Positions 55,766 through 64,000 of a stretch of DNA of 64,000 nucleotides are shown here, piece by piece (position 1 is the stretch's first letter; the number at the start of each line of letters is the position of its first letter). Under the pieces are notes generated by a model, which saw only the letters and a list, made by a program, of their open reading frames with translations, searched no databases and was not told the DNA's origin. Made by a program: the position numbers and the translations under genes. This DNA is from an uncultured Gemmatimonadales bacterium. Lineage in GTDB: Bacteria; Gemmatimonadota; Gemmatimonadetes; Longimicrobiales; RSA9. The DNA is taken from contig CAWCRS010000008.1 in NCBI GenBank assembly GCA_963798085.1, forward strand, positions 352,001 to 416,000. The letters are read 5' to 3'.

Positions 55766-57924
55766 GACTGAAGCACTCCTGCGATGGAAGCGGCTGCGGC
55801 AAAATCCGGGGTCAGGCGTACGCCGAGGCGCAGCACCCGGCCCGGTTCGGGGAATCCGAAGATCAGCGAGGCCTTTTCGTCGAGCAGGCGGTCGACGCGC
55901 AGCTCGAAGCGGGCGCGCCAGGCACCCAGGGGAACCGTGTGGGCGAGCGCGCCGTCCAGCGTAAAGAAGCCGGGCAGCAGGTTCACAGGCGTGGGCGCGG
56001 TCGTACGTTCGCCGGTGTAGCGCAGGTCTGCCTGCAGCTCGCTCGCGGCCGGTCGGAAGGCGAGGCTCAGCGACCCGGTGTGCCGCGGACGGTACGCGAT
56101 CTGCACGCCGTCATCGCCTGCGCCGCGGTCATACGTGGCGCGCGCCAGCGTCCACGCGCCCGTGAAGCGCAGCCTGCGATCGCGCGAGTCCAGTGTGCCA
56201 CCCAGCTCGAGGCCGGCCCGCTTTGCATCGGCGTTGTACGGCCGCCATATGAACCGGTAGTCGGGTGCCCAGAGGATCATGCCGTGCACGTCGCTCCGCC
56301 ACGCGCTGGTACGCAGCGTCAGCAGCCAGCCGCGCGCATTCGCGATGAGCTGCGCGCCGGCCTCCACTTCGCCGGGCACGCGCTCGGCGCGCAGGTCGGG
56401 GTCCGGCTCCACCCCCACCGCATCGCGGAAGAAGCGATCCGCCATGGTGGGTGGCGTGAAGCTGCTGCGCTGCGTCACGTGCAAGGCGAGACCGCCGCGT
56501 GCGAACGCCAGTGTCAGCGCATGGCTGAAGAACCAGGCACCGCCCAGCGCAGCGCGGTCCGTGCGCAGCTGCGCCTCGAGACTGAGCCCACGCACTCCCG
56601 CCAGCGCGCTCGCGCCACGCAGGTAGAAGCCGGCATTGAGCAGGGAAGTGGGCGCGTTCTGCGCGAGTGCTGTGCTGCGCAGCGCCTCATGTCGAAGCTC
56701 GCTGCCCAGTCCCAGAGACCGGCCGTGCGGCCATTGTCGTTCACCCGTGGCACGCACCAGCAGCGCTGTCACACGGGTGGTGTCGTCGTACGGCTGGCCG
56801 AAGGGCGGCTGCGCGTCGTGGTGGCGGATGCGCTCGCGCGCGCCGCTCAGCAGCAGCGACAGGGCGAGGTCGCTGGTGGCGCGCCGCCAGGAGGCGGAGG
56901 CGCGGTCGTCCAGCACATCCTGGCGCGCCGCGGGCGACGTCGCGTAACTGCGGCCGGGCAGGCCTCGCCGCAGCACGTCGTGTCCGCCGCGCACATCCAG
57001 GGCCCCACCAAGCAGGGTGCCACGGACGCCACCGTGCGCCTGGAGTGCGCGAACATCTGCGTTAGCACGCCGGGCGGCGCCGCCGCCGGCTTGCGCCGGC
57101 AGATCGAAATCGAAGGCACCACTCTGCCGCCGCCCACCCGCGCCCAGTGTCCACGACGTGCGCGTGCCGCCGCTCCACGAAAGCGCAGCGTCCGCCGTGC
57201 CCAGTGTGCCGCCGCCCAGGCTCAACTCGCGGTCCATGCCGGCGGCGCCGCGCGATTCGATCAGCACCACGCCTCCGCTGGCGCGGCCGCCCCACGCGGC
57301 GGAGCGCGCGCCGGGCAGCACTGTGATGGAAGCAATGCTGGCGGCACTGACGCGCGTCAGATCGGCCTGGCCGGTCACGGGATCGTTGAGCGGCACGCCG
57401 TCGACGAGCACCAGAACCGAGCTTTCATTGGCGCCGCGGATGGAGAGGTACTGCGGGCCGCCCGGCCCCGTCGTGTGCAGCACCACACCGGGCAGACTCT
57501 TCAGCGCATCGGCCGCCGTGCGCGCTCCCGCCCGCTGCAGGTCGGCGCGCTCCAGTCTGTAACCGTCAGTTAGAGAAGCGGCGGCGCGGGCGACGACGCC
57601 GGGCAGCGTGACCGGCTGCGGATCGAGCCGCACGTCCACGCGGACTTCCTCGCCCGGGCGCACATCCACGCTCACTTCGCGCGCGGCGTAGCCGAAGCCC
57701 TCGACACGCAGTGGGCGCGTGCCCGGGTCCATGGCGGGCAGCCGGAAATGTCCGGCGGCATCCGTGCGCACGCCCGGCTCATCGCCCAGCCGGACACTGG
57801 CGCCGGCGACCGGAAGGTGCGTCGTCGCATCGACGACGGTTCCGGTCACCACGCCCGGCTGCTGCGCGCGCAGCGGTGCGTGCAGCAGCAGAAGCAGCAG
57901 ACCGAGCGTGCGCGCGGGTGTCAT
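55762..57924 (-). CDS. btuB: TonB-dependent receptor, probable cobalamin transporter
   Basis: N-terminal carboxypeptidase-regulatory-like domain, plug SIRGA..VLVDGVPL, SAAWG..GGVVLI, YRPRH, PGR C-terminus; riboswitch-controlled. Confidence 0.8.
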   Translation of the reverse strand: MTPARTLGLLLLLLHAPLRAQQPGVVTGTVVDATTHLPVAGASVRLGDEPGVRTDAAGHFRLPAMDPGTRPLRVEGFGYAAREVSVDVRPGEEVRVDVRLDPQPVTLPGVVARAAASLTDGYRLERADLQRAGARTAADALKSLPGVVLHTTGPGGPQYLSIRGANESSVLVLVDGVPLNDPVTGQADLTRVSAASIASITVLPGARSAAWGGRASGGVVLIESRGAAGMDRELSLGGGTLGTADAALSWSGGTRTSWTLGAGGRRQSGAFDFDLPAQAGGGAARRANADVRALQAHGGVRGTLLGGALDVRGGHDVLRRGLPGRSYATSPAARQDVLDDRASASWRRATSDLALSLLLSGARERIRHHDAQPPFGQPYDDTTRVTALLVRATGERQWPHGRSLGLGSELRHEALRSTALAQNAPTSLLNAGFYLRGASALAGVRGLSLEAQLRTDRAALGGAWFFSHALTLAFARGGLALHVTQRSSFTPPTMADRFFRDAVGVEPDPDLRAERVPGEVEAGAQLIANARGWLLTLRTSAWRSDVHGMILWAPDYRFIWRPYNADAKRAGLELGGTLDSRDRRLRFTGAWTLARATYDRGAGDDGVQIAYRPRHTGSLSLAFRPAASELQADLRYTGERTTAPTPVNLLPGFFTLDGALAHTVPLGAWRARFELRVDRLLDEKASLIFGFPEPGRVLRLGVRLTPDFAAAASIAGVLQS

Positions 57925-58892
57925 CGCGGCGTCCAGCCGGGATGCAGCGCCCCGGCCAGCAGCCGGGCCGCATCGGCCAGGCGTGGGCCGGGGCGGCTGA
58001 ACAGATCGGTGTCGACGATGATGATGCGGCCGCTGCGCAAACCGCGCAGGCCGCGCCAGCCGGGCAGCTGCGCGAGCGCCGCGGGGGAAACGACCGGCGT
58101 GCTTCCGCGGCTCGGGATGACCAGAACATCCGGATCGCGGCGCACGATTTCCTCCATGGAAACTTCCGGCCATGGCGTGTGCGCATTGGCGAACACATTG
58201 CGTCCGCCCGCGATCGTGATCAGCTCATCGACGAAGCTGCCGGCGCCGGCCGTCTGCGCCGGCGAATGCCACAGCAGGAACAGCACGGAGGGACGGGGCC
58301 TGCCGGCCACGCGGGTGCGCACGCTGTCCAGGCTGGCGCGCAGCGCAGCTGCCAGCGAGTCGGCGCGCCGCTCGACACCGAGCAGCACGCCCAGCCGGCG
58401 GACGGTGGTGAAGACATCCTCAATGCATTGCGGATCGCTGATGTACACAGCGGCGCCGCTGGCGTCTAACACGTTTGTTAGGGCAGGGGTGCGCGCTTCC
58501 GGCCCCAGCACCACCAGATCGGGCTGCAGCCGCAGCACCGCCTCGGGTGTGGGTGACAGCGCGCTGCCGAACGATGGCAGAGGGAACAGCGCCGGGTCGG
58601 GATCGAATGCGGTGCGCGCCAGGAGCCGCGAGGACGCGCCCAGGCTTGCGAACAGCTCGGTTACGGATGGCGACAGCGAAACCACGCGTCCTGCCGGCGC
58701 CGCGAGCTGCACTCGCCGCCCCGCATCGTCCGTAACCTGCAGCGGCGGCACGCCGCCGTGGGCCGCGTCCGCACACGAGACTGTCAGCGCCAGCAGCAAC
58801 CACAGCTTCCCGCCCGCAGAGAAACGGAATCCCCGTTCCTCCACGAGGGGAAGAACGGGGATTGCGCCGGCATGATTTCGCCGGTAAAGCAT
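57921..58892 (-). CDS. btuF: Cobalamin-binding protein (helical-backbone solute-binding protein); start probably later than 58892
   Basis: VTDDAGR, RVVSLSPSVTE, SFVDELITIAGGRN, SRPGPRL. Confidence 0.85.
   Translation of the reverse strand: MLYRRNHAGAIPVLPLVEERGFRFSAGGKLWLLLALTVSCADAAHGGVPPLQVTDDAGRRVQLAAPAGRVVSLSPSVTELFASLGASSRLLARTAFDPDPALFPLPSFGSALSPTPEAVLRLQPDLVVLGPEARTPALTNVLDASGAAVYISDPQCIEDVFTTVRRLGVLLGVERRADSLAAALRASLDSVRTRVAGRPRPSVLFLLWHSPAQTAGAGSFVDELITIAGGRNVFANAHTPWPEVSMEEIVRRDPDVLVIPSRGSTPVVSPAALAQLPGWRGLRGLRSGRIIIVDTDLFSRPGPRLADAARLLAGALHPGWTPR
58828..58863 (-). terminator. Riboswitch expression-platform hairpin (terminator and/or SD sequestrator)
   Basis: On the minus strand AATCCCCGTTCTTCC pairs with GGAGGAACGGGGATT, followed by CCGTTTCTCT. 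Confidence 0.5.
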
Positions 58893-58929
58893 CGCCCCCG
58901 GATCCTTCCCTCGAAGGACAGCATCGGGA

Positions 58930-59153
58930 ACGAACGGGGCAGGTCTCCTGGCTCGAGGCAGCCGCGCTCACCTTCCCGGAACCGACGTCGTTCCAGTGGT
59001 CAATCGAGCGGGCATCACGCGCGACGAACGTCGCGCGACCTCTCACAGTGGCGGGGCCGCGTCGGCTTCACACCGACTTCCCTCGGCCTCGTTCGTCTAT
59101 GTCCGCGCCGAAGGTAGACGCGTCATCGTCGGCACGCAAGGCCCTGCCTGTTC
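58930..59153 (-). ncRNA. Cobalamin (AdoCbl) riboswitch
   Basis: Minus strand: AGGGAAGTCGGTGTGAAGCCGAC..GCCCCGCCACTGT..CCACTG..GGGAAGG..GAGCCAGGAGACCTGCC (B12 box); upstream of btuF/btuB/cob genes. Confidence 0.93.
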
Positions 59154-59523
59154 AGGCGCGCTCCAGCAGCTGGCGGGCGCGCGCGTCCGCGACCAGCTCC
59201 TCCAGACGCCTGGCCTCCACCTTCGCCACACGACGACCCAGCGCACTAACACGCACATACAGGCGCCGCCCATCTTCTTCTTCTCCCCGCGGACTCGCGC
59301 TCTCTTCGATCAGTCCCTTCTCCAGCAGATCGCGTATGCGACGGTACAGATTCGCCGGATAAATGGCCGCGCCTCGTTCGCGCGCCTCGATCTGCTTCAC
59401 AATGCGATAGCCGTGGCTGGGCCCATCCAGCAGCACCAGCAGAATGCGGAATTCCAGCGGGTGCAGCGGCAGGAATTCCTCGGGCTGTGGTGTCGCGTCC
59501 GCGCCGACCTTGCGTTCCACCAT
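59152..59523 (-). CDS. PadR family transcriptional regulator
   Basis: FRILLVLLDGPSHGYRIVK, ANLYRRIRDL, RRLYVRVSALG; GGAGAG SD. Confidence 0.88.
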   Translation of the reverse strand: MVERKVGADATPQPEEFLPLHPLEFRILLVLLDGPSHGYRIVKQIEARERGAAIYPANLYRRIRDLLEKGLIEESASPRGEEEDGRRLYVRVSALGRRVAKVEARRLEELVADARARQLLERA

Positions 59524-59596
59524 GCGCTCTCCTTTGCGGTACGTCTCGATAGTATCAGGTTGACAGTACCGGCCGCAAGACCGGGTTGGCAGGGAT

Positions 59597-59799
59597 GGGC
59601 TGGGGCTCGGGCCGGGGCCGGGAACGACACTGCGCGCAGGGTTCGGCCATTTCGGTGCGGGCCTCTTCGACAACACGGATCGCGCACCGGAGAGCGGACG
59701 TCGCAGGCGTCGTGCAACGGCAAGCCTGTGGCGCGCATCGATTGGCCGGTCGTCGGCGCGGCAAGCCGCCGAACCCAGCCCCAGCCCGAGCCCCAGCCC
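59597..59799. repeat. Inverted G-tract hexamer repeats (G-quadruplex-compatible)
   Basis: GGGCTGGGGCTCGGGCCGGGGCCGGG (59597-59622) versus CCCAGCCCCAGCCCGAGCCCCAGCCC (59774-59799): 24/26 complementary. Confidence 0.55.
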
Positions 59800-59887
59800 G
59801 TCGTCAGAAACCCCGTTCGCCGCAACGGTGCGCCCGGCGTATCATTGCGGAGCGGGCGTAGGAGCAACCGGCAAAGCGGAGGGAGAC

Positions 59888-60759
59888 ATGAAGTACGCGT
59901 GGGGCGTGGTGGTGTGCGCGGCAGCGGTGGCAGCGGCGTGTGGCGAGAAGCCGGCGCCGGCAGGGCAGAATGGGGCGGCGCAGGGCGGCGCCATGCAGAT
60001 GGAGCCGCGCATTGCACTGCAGCCGACGGCGGCGGACTCGCTGCCGCCGGCGGTGCTCGGGCTGGCGGCGCCGCCGCAGGGGAAGGCGGTGCACTACTTC
60101 CCGCAGGATTCCCTGACACAGGGTTATCTGGCGCTGCCGGAGGGTGCGGGTCCGTTTCCGGCGGTGATCCTGATTCACGAGTGGAACGGTCTGGTGGATC
60201 GCGTGCGGCAGGTGGCGGATGCGCTGGCAGCGGAAGGCTACGTCGCGCTGGCCGCGGACCTCTACTCGGGGAAGACGGGCGGCAATCCCCAGGAGAATGT
60301 GGCGTTGATGAACGCCGTGTGGGCGGATTCGACGCGCATGATCGAGAATCTGAATGCGGCGGTTCAGTTCCTGCGTGCGCGTTCCGATGTCACGGGCAAG
60401 ATCGGCGCAATGGGCTGGTGCTTCGGTGGCGGCATCGCGCTTTCCTTCGGGCTGGACGGTGTGAACCACGAGGCCACGGCGATGTTCTACGGCCGGCTGG
60501 TGGATGATCCCGCGCGGCTGAAGAGGATCACGCACGAGGTGTACGGCACGTTCGCGGGCAAGGACCAGAGTTTCCGCCTGACAAGGTGCGGCAATTCGTG
60601 GCCGCGCTGCGGGCCGCGGGCATTCCCAACGACGTGCACATCTACGACGACATGCAGCACGGCTTCTGGCTGTGGGTGGACCAGGATTCGACGCGACGCG
60701 CGCCGGCGCTGGACGCGTGGCAGCGGCTCAAGACCTACCTCAAGCGGACGCTCAGTTAG
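59888..60759 (+). CDS. Dienelactone hydrolase family lipoprotein; apparent frameshift near 60570
   Basis: Lipobox AAAC, IHEWNG, nucleophile GWCFGG; continues as FPPDKVRQF..HGF..AWQRL in the next frame. Confidence 0.85.
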
Positions 60760-60837
60760 GCGCGTCTGCGGCCGTTGAGTGGTGGCCCCGGGCGGTCGAT
60801 ACTGTGGACACCCGGGGTACCACCCGACACCGCAGGA

Positions 60838-62205
60838 ATGCAGAGCAGCCTTCTCAGGCTCCCGATTGATGCGGAGCTGCACGAATATCGCCTTTCCGAG
60901 GTCATCTCCGCGCTTTCGTACGCCCTCGATCTGACGGAAGGACAGCCGCCGGGGCACACGCTTCGGGCCACGGCCATCGGCATGCGTTTCGCCGATGAGC
61001 TGGGGATGACCGATGGCGCGCGCGCCTCGCTGTTCTACGCGCTGCTGCTCAAGGATGCCGGCTGTTCCGCGAATGCGGCGGACGTCGCGGACCATTTCGG
61101 TTCGGATGATCGGGTGCTCAAGCGCGACATGAGCACGATGAACTGGTCCAGCACACCGCAGTGCGCGGTATACGCGTGGCGCAACGCGGCCCGGGGCCGT
61201 TCGCTGCTCAGCCGGCTGCGCCACTTCACACGCATCGCATCACGCGGTCACGGGCTGGTGCGCGAGCTGCTGCGCGTGCGCTGCTCGCGCGGCGCCGACA
61301 TTGCCATGCGCCTCGGTTTCCCCGAGACGACGTCGGAAGCGGTGCGCTGTCTGGATGAGCACTGGGATGGCCGGGGTGGTCCTGTGGGCATGGCAGGCGA
61401 CGAGATTCCGCTGGCCGCACGCATCGCCAACCTGGCGCAGACTCTCGAAGTCTTCCTCACCGCGAAGGGTCCGGAAACCGCGCTCGCGGTGGTGCGCGCA
61501 CGCCGCGGCGCGTGGTTCGATCCCGCGCTGGTGGATCGCTGCCTCGACTGGCGGCGCGATCAGGCGTGGTGGAACGACCTGCTGGACGAAGAGCTGGCAG
61601 CGCGTGTGCAGGCGCTGGAGCCGAGCGAGCACGCGCGCATCCTCGATGACGCGGGACTCGAGCGCGTGGCCGAGGCTTTTGCGGAAATCATTGACGCCAA
61701 GAGTCCGTTCACGTGGCACCACTCGACCAATGTGGCGCACTTCGCCGTCGGTGTGGGCGACGAACTGGGCCTCGACCCACGTTCGCTCCGCCTGCTCAAG
61801 CGTGCCGGCCTGCTGCACGACGTGGGCAAGCTGGGCATCTCGAGCCGCATCCTGGACAAGGCGGCGCCGCTGACTGCGGAAGAGCGGGCCGAAGTGGAGC
61901 AGCACCCGCGCTTCACGTGGTCGATCCTGCGACGCGTGGGCTCGTTCCGCGAATTCGCGTGGACTGCGGCGCTGCACCACGAGCGCATCGATGGCTCGGG
62001 CTATCCGTGGGGTCTGGGTGGCGAGGATCTGGACGTGGAGGCGCGCACGCTGGCCATCGCCAATGTCTGGGAGGCCCTGACCGCTCGGCGGCCCTATCGG
62101 GACGGCCTGCCTGTCGAGGACGCGCTGCGCATCATCCGCAAGGATGTAACGCTGCGCTATGATAACCGCGTGTTCGAGGCGCTCGAATCCTGGGTGGGAT
62201 ACTGA
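60838..62205 (+). CDS. Tandem HD-domain / HD-GYP phosphohydrolase
   Basis: N-terminal degenerate LLKDAGC and EHWDG; C-terminal LLHDVGK and HHERIDGSGYP, RRPYR. Confidence 0.88.
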   Translation: MQSSLLRLPIDAELHEYRLSEVISALSYALDLTEGQPPGHTLRATAIGMRFADELGMTDGARASLFYALLLKDAGCSANAADVADHFGSDDRVLKRDMSTMNWSSTPQCAVYAWRNAARGRSLLSRLRHFTRIASRGHGLVRELLRVRCSRGADIAMRLGFPETTSEAVRCLDEHWDGRGGPVGMAGDEIPLAARIANLAQTLEVFLTAKGPETALAVVRARRGAWFDPALVDRCLDWRRDQAWWNDLLDEELAARVQALEPSEHARILDDAGLERVAEAFAEIIDAKSPFTWHHSTNVAHFAVGVGDELGLDPRSLRLLKRAGLLHDVGKLGISSRILDKAAPLTAEERAEVEQHPRFTWSILRRVGSFREFAWTAALHHERIDGSGYPWGLGGEDLDVEARTLAIANVWEALTARRPYRDGLPVEDALRIIRKDVTLRYDNRVFEALESWVGY

Positions 62206-62223
62206 CGCGGCGGGGAGCGCCGT

Positions 62224-62463
62224 TCAGTGAATCGTGTCCAGCGCCGCCGCTCGCTTTTCCGCCATACCCGCCACATCCAGCGCCTTGCCGACGGCCTGCG
62301 AGCCGGGCAGGCCGCTGCGCGCCACCACACTGTCCAGCTGACGTCGTGTAGGCCCGCCGCCAGCGGGCGCCGCGGCGGTAGCGGCTGCGGCCGGCCGGTC
62401 GACCGGCTGCGCGCACCCCGCCATCAGCAGTGTCAATCCGAGCAGCAGCATGCGATGCGACAT
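62224..62463 (-). CDS. Small hypothetical lipoprotein
   Basis: GGAGG SD, lipobox MAGC, LPGSQAVGKAL motif. Confidence 0.6.
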   Translation of the reverse strand: MSHRMLLLGLTLLMAGCAQPVDRPAAAATAAAPAGGGPTRRQLDSVVARSGLPGSQAVGKALDVAGMAEKRAAALDTIH

Positions 62464-62712
62464 TGAAGCCTCCAGCGACGGGTCACGGGATCCTGCATCG
62501 AGTTTCGGTCCGGGTGCCGGGCACATTGAATGCCTGCGGCTTGCCGTTGCGCCCGCAAGAGACGAGCATCCGGTCGGGTCGGCGTAAGCGGGTCTTCCAG
62601 AACCGTTTTCTCGCGCCCGGGACGGGGCTGGGTCCGGGACTGAATTGCCCGGATGGATGTGGATATCCGTGCGCGACCAGCGCTACTCGAACACACAGAG
62701 GCTGAGCAGGGG

Positions 62713-63477
62713 ATGCTGACTGCGATCACGCGGGCGGTGAGCCGATCGCTGGCGGAATGCGAGCTGACCTGGCTCGAGCGCGTGCCCATCGACGTGGCGC
62801 TCGCCATGCGCCAGCACGACGCCTACGCGCAGGCGCTCGAGCGACAGGGACTGCGCGTACTGCGCATGCCGGCCGAGGATGGGCTGCCTGACGCCGTGTT
62901 CGTGGAGGACCCGCTGCTGGTGCTGGATGAAGTGGCGGTCGCGCTGCGCATGGGTGCAGTCAGCCGGCGCGCGGAGGTAGACTCGCTGCTGCCCGTGATC
63001 GGCGAGTACCGCGACGTCATACGCATGCAGCCGCCGGGCACGATCGATGGCGGCGACATCGTGCGCATCGGACGACAGCTGTTCGTGGGGCAGTCGAGCC
63101 GCAGTGATGCGCCGGGAACGGCGCAGCTGGCCGCCATCGTGGCGGGCTTCGGCTACACGGTGGTGCCCGTCGCCGTGCGCGGCTGCCTGCACCTCAAGTC
63201 GGGATGCACATCGCTGGGTGATCGCGTGCTGCTCAATGCCGGCTGGATCGATGCCTCGCCGTTTCAGTCATTCCACCCGCTGCACGTTCCCGCCAGCGAG
63301 CCGGCCGCCGCCGACGTGCTGACGCTGCCCCACACGCTGCTGCTGCCCGCATCCTTTCCGGCCACCGCGGAGCTGCTCCGCGCGACCGGCCATTCCGTGA
63401 CGACAGTGGATGTCTCGGAGCTGCAGAAGGCCGAGGCAGGTGTCACCTGCATGAGTGTGCTGTTCGACGCCAGCTGA
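62713..63477 (+). CDS. Dimethylarginine dimethylaminohydrolase (amidinotransferase superfamily)
   Basis: PDAVFVED, DGGD, HLKS, catalytic Cys in GVTCMS. Confidence 0.9.
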   Translation: MLTAITRAVSRSLAECELTWLERVPIDVALAMRQHDAYAQALERQGLRVLRMPAEDGLPDAVFVEDPLLVLDEVAVALRMGAVSRRAEVDSLLPVIGEYRDVIRMQPPGTIDGGDIVRIGRQLFVGQSSRSDAPGTAQLAAIVAGFGYTVVPVAVRGCLHLKSGCTSLGDRVLLNAGWIDASPFQSFHPLHVPASEPAAADVLTLPHTLLLPASFPATAELLRATGHSVTTVDVSELQKAEAGVTCMSVLFDAS

Positions 63478-63562
63478 GCGCACCACCGCGAACCGGCGAG
63501 ATCGCACGCGCCGGCTTCGCCGCGCCGGAACTAACAGTCTGTCAGGTGACGGCCCGCGCGCG

Positions 63563-64000
63563 TCAGCGTCCGGCGGTAGGTGACCGGCCCTCGAGGCGCA
63601 CGCCCAGATGGAAAGCCTGGCCGGCAGCGGGCAGCGCCGACACGTCCAGGTAGCTCGCATCCGTGAGGTTGGTGGCGTCGAGGTACAGCGTCACGCCGCG
63701 GCGCGTGTAGCCGAGTCGCGTGTCCAGCAGTGTGTAGGCGTGCTCCCCGACGCGCCGCGCGCGCCCCGCCCGCGCCCACAGCGACACGTGGCCGGGAAGC
63801 AGGAACGACGCCTCCGCGGATGCGGTTTCCGTGAGCGGCCGCAACGCGTACTTCGATGTCAGGCCGGATGTCTCGTCATCACTGAAGGAGAGTGTGGTGG
63901 CGCGCAGGGTCCAGTCGGCGCCCAGCAGCGCTGCCAGCGTGGTGCGCAGCTCGAGACCACGAAACGTCGCATTCTCGATGTTCGTCGTTTCCCATGGTGT
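63563..64000 (-). CDS. TonB-dependent receptor, C-terminal fragment (runs off the window)
   Basis: Open frame from 64000: NATFRGLE..SKYALRP..YTLLDTRL..DATNLTD..GQAFHLGVRL. Confidence 0.75.
   Translation of the reverse strand, partial: TPWETTNIENATFRGLELRTTLAALLGADWTLRATTLSFSDDETSGLTSKYALRPLTETASAEASFLLPGHVSLWARAGRARRVGEHAYTLLDTRLGYTRRGVTLYLDATNLTDASYLDVSALPAAGQAFHLGVRLEGRSPTAGR

Overview
This is a GC-rich (about 70% by eye), gene-dense bacterial window of roughly 50 genes. Its gene content (PadR/orphan-permease pairs, VPS10/BNR proteins, M14 peptidase, TonB receptors) suggests a diderm soil or sediment bacterium such as Gemmatimonadota or Acidobacteriota; this is inference only. Recognisable blocks: (1) a form I aerobic CO dehydrogenase cluster (coxD-coxE, then coxG-M-S-L and an XdhC-YHS fusion; CoxL motif AYRCSFR), split by an inverted dioxygenase/esterase/Dps/CoA-transferase block; (2) a cobalamin-riboswitch-controlled B12/cobinamide salvage operon (btuF-btuB-beta-propeller lipoprotein-cobS-cobC-cobT-cobU); (3) three PadR plus ABC-permease modules, one decayed; (4) two paralogous ECF-like sigma/anti-sigma pairs, one followed by a TPR-CHAT caspase-like protease and an unknown Cys-tailed protein and preceded by a metalloprotease/emfourin-like pair. 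The best candidates for undescribed biology are the CRISPR-independent sigma/anti-sigma/TPR-CHAT module with a shared ECF-type promoter motif, and a dispersed spaced palindrome (TAAC-N5/6-GTTA-like) seen more than 25 times, often in rare codons. Several genes carry single-base insertions that look like long-read assembly errors. No rRNA, tRNA, CRISPR array or transposase was seen.
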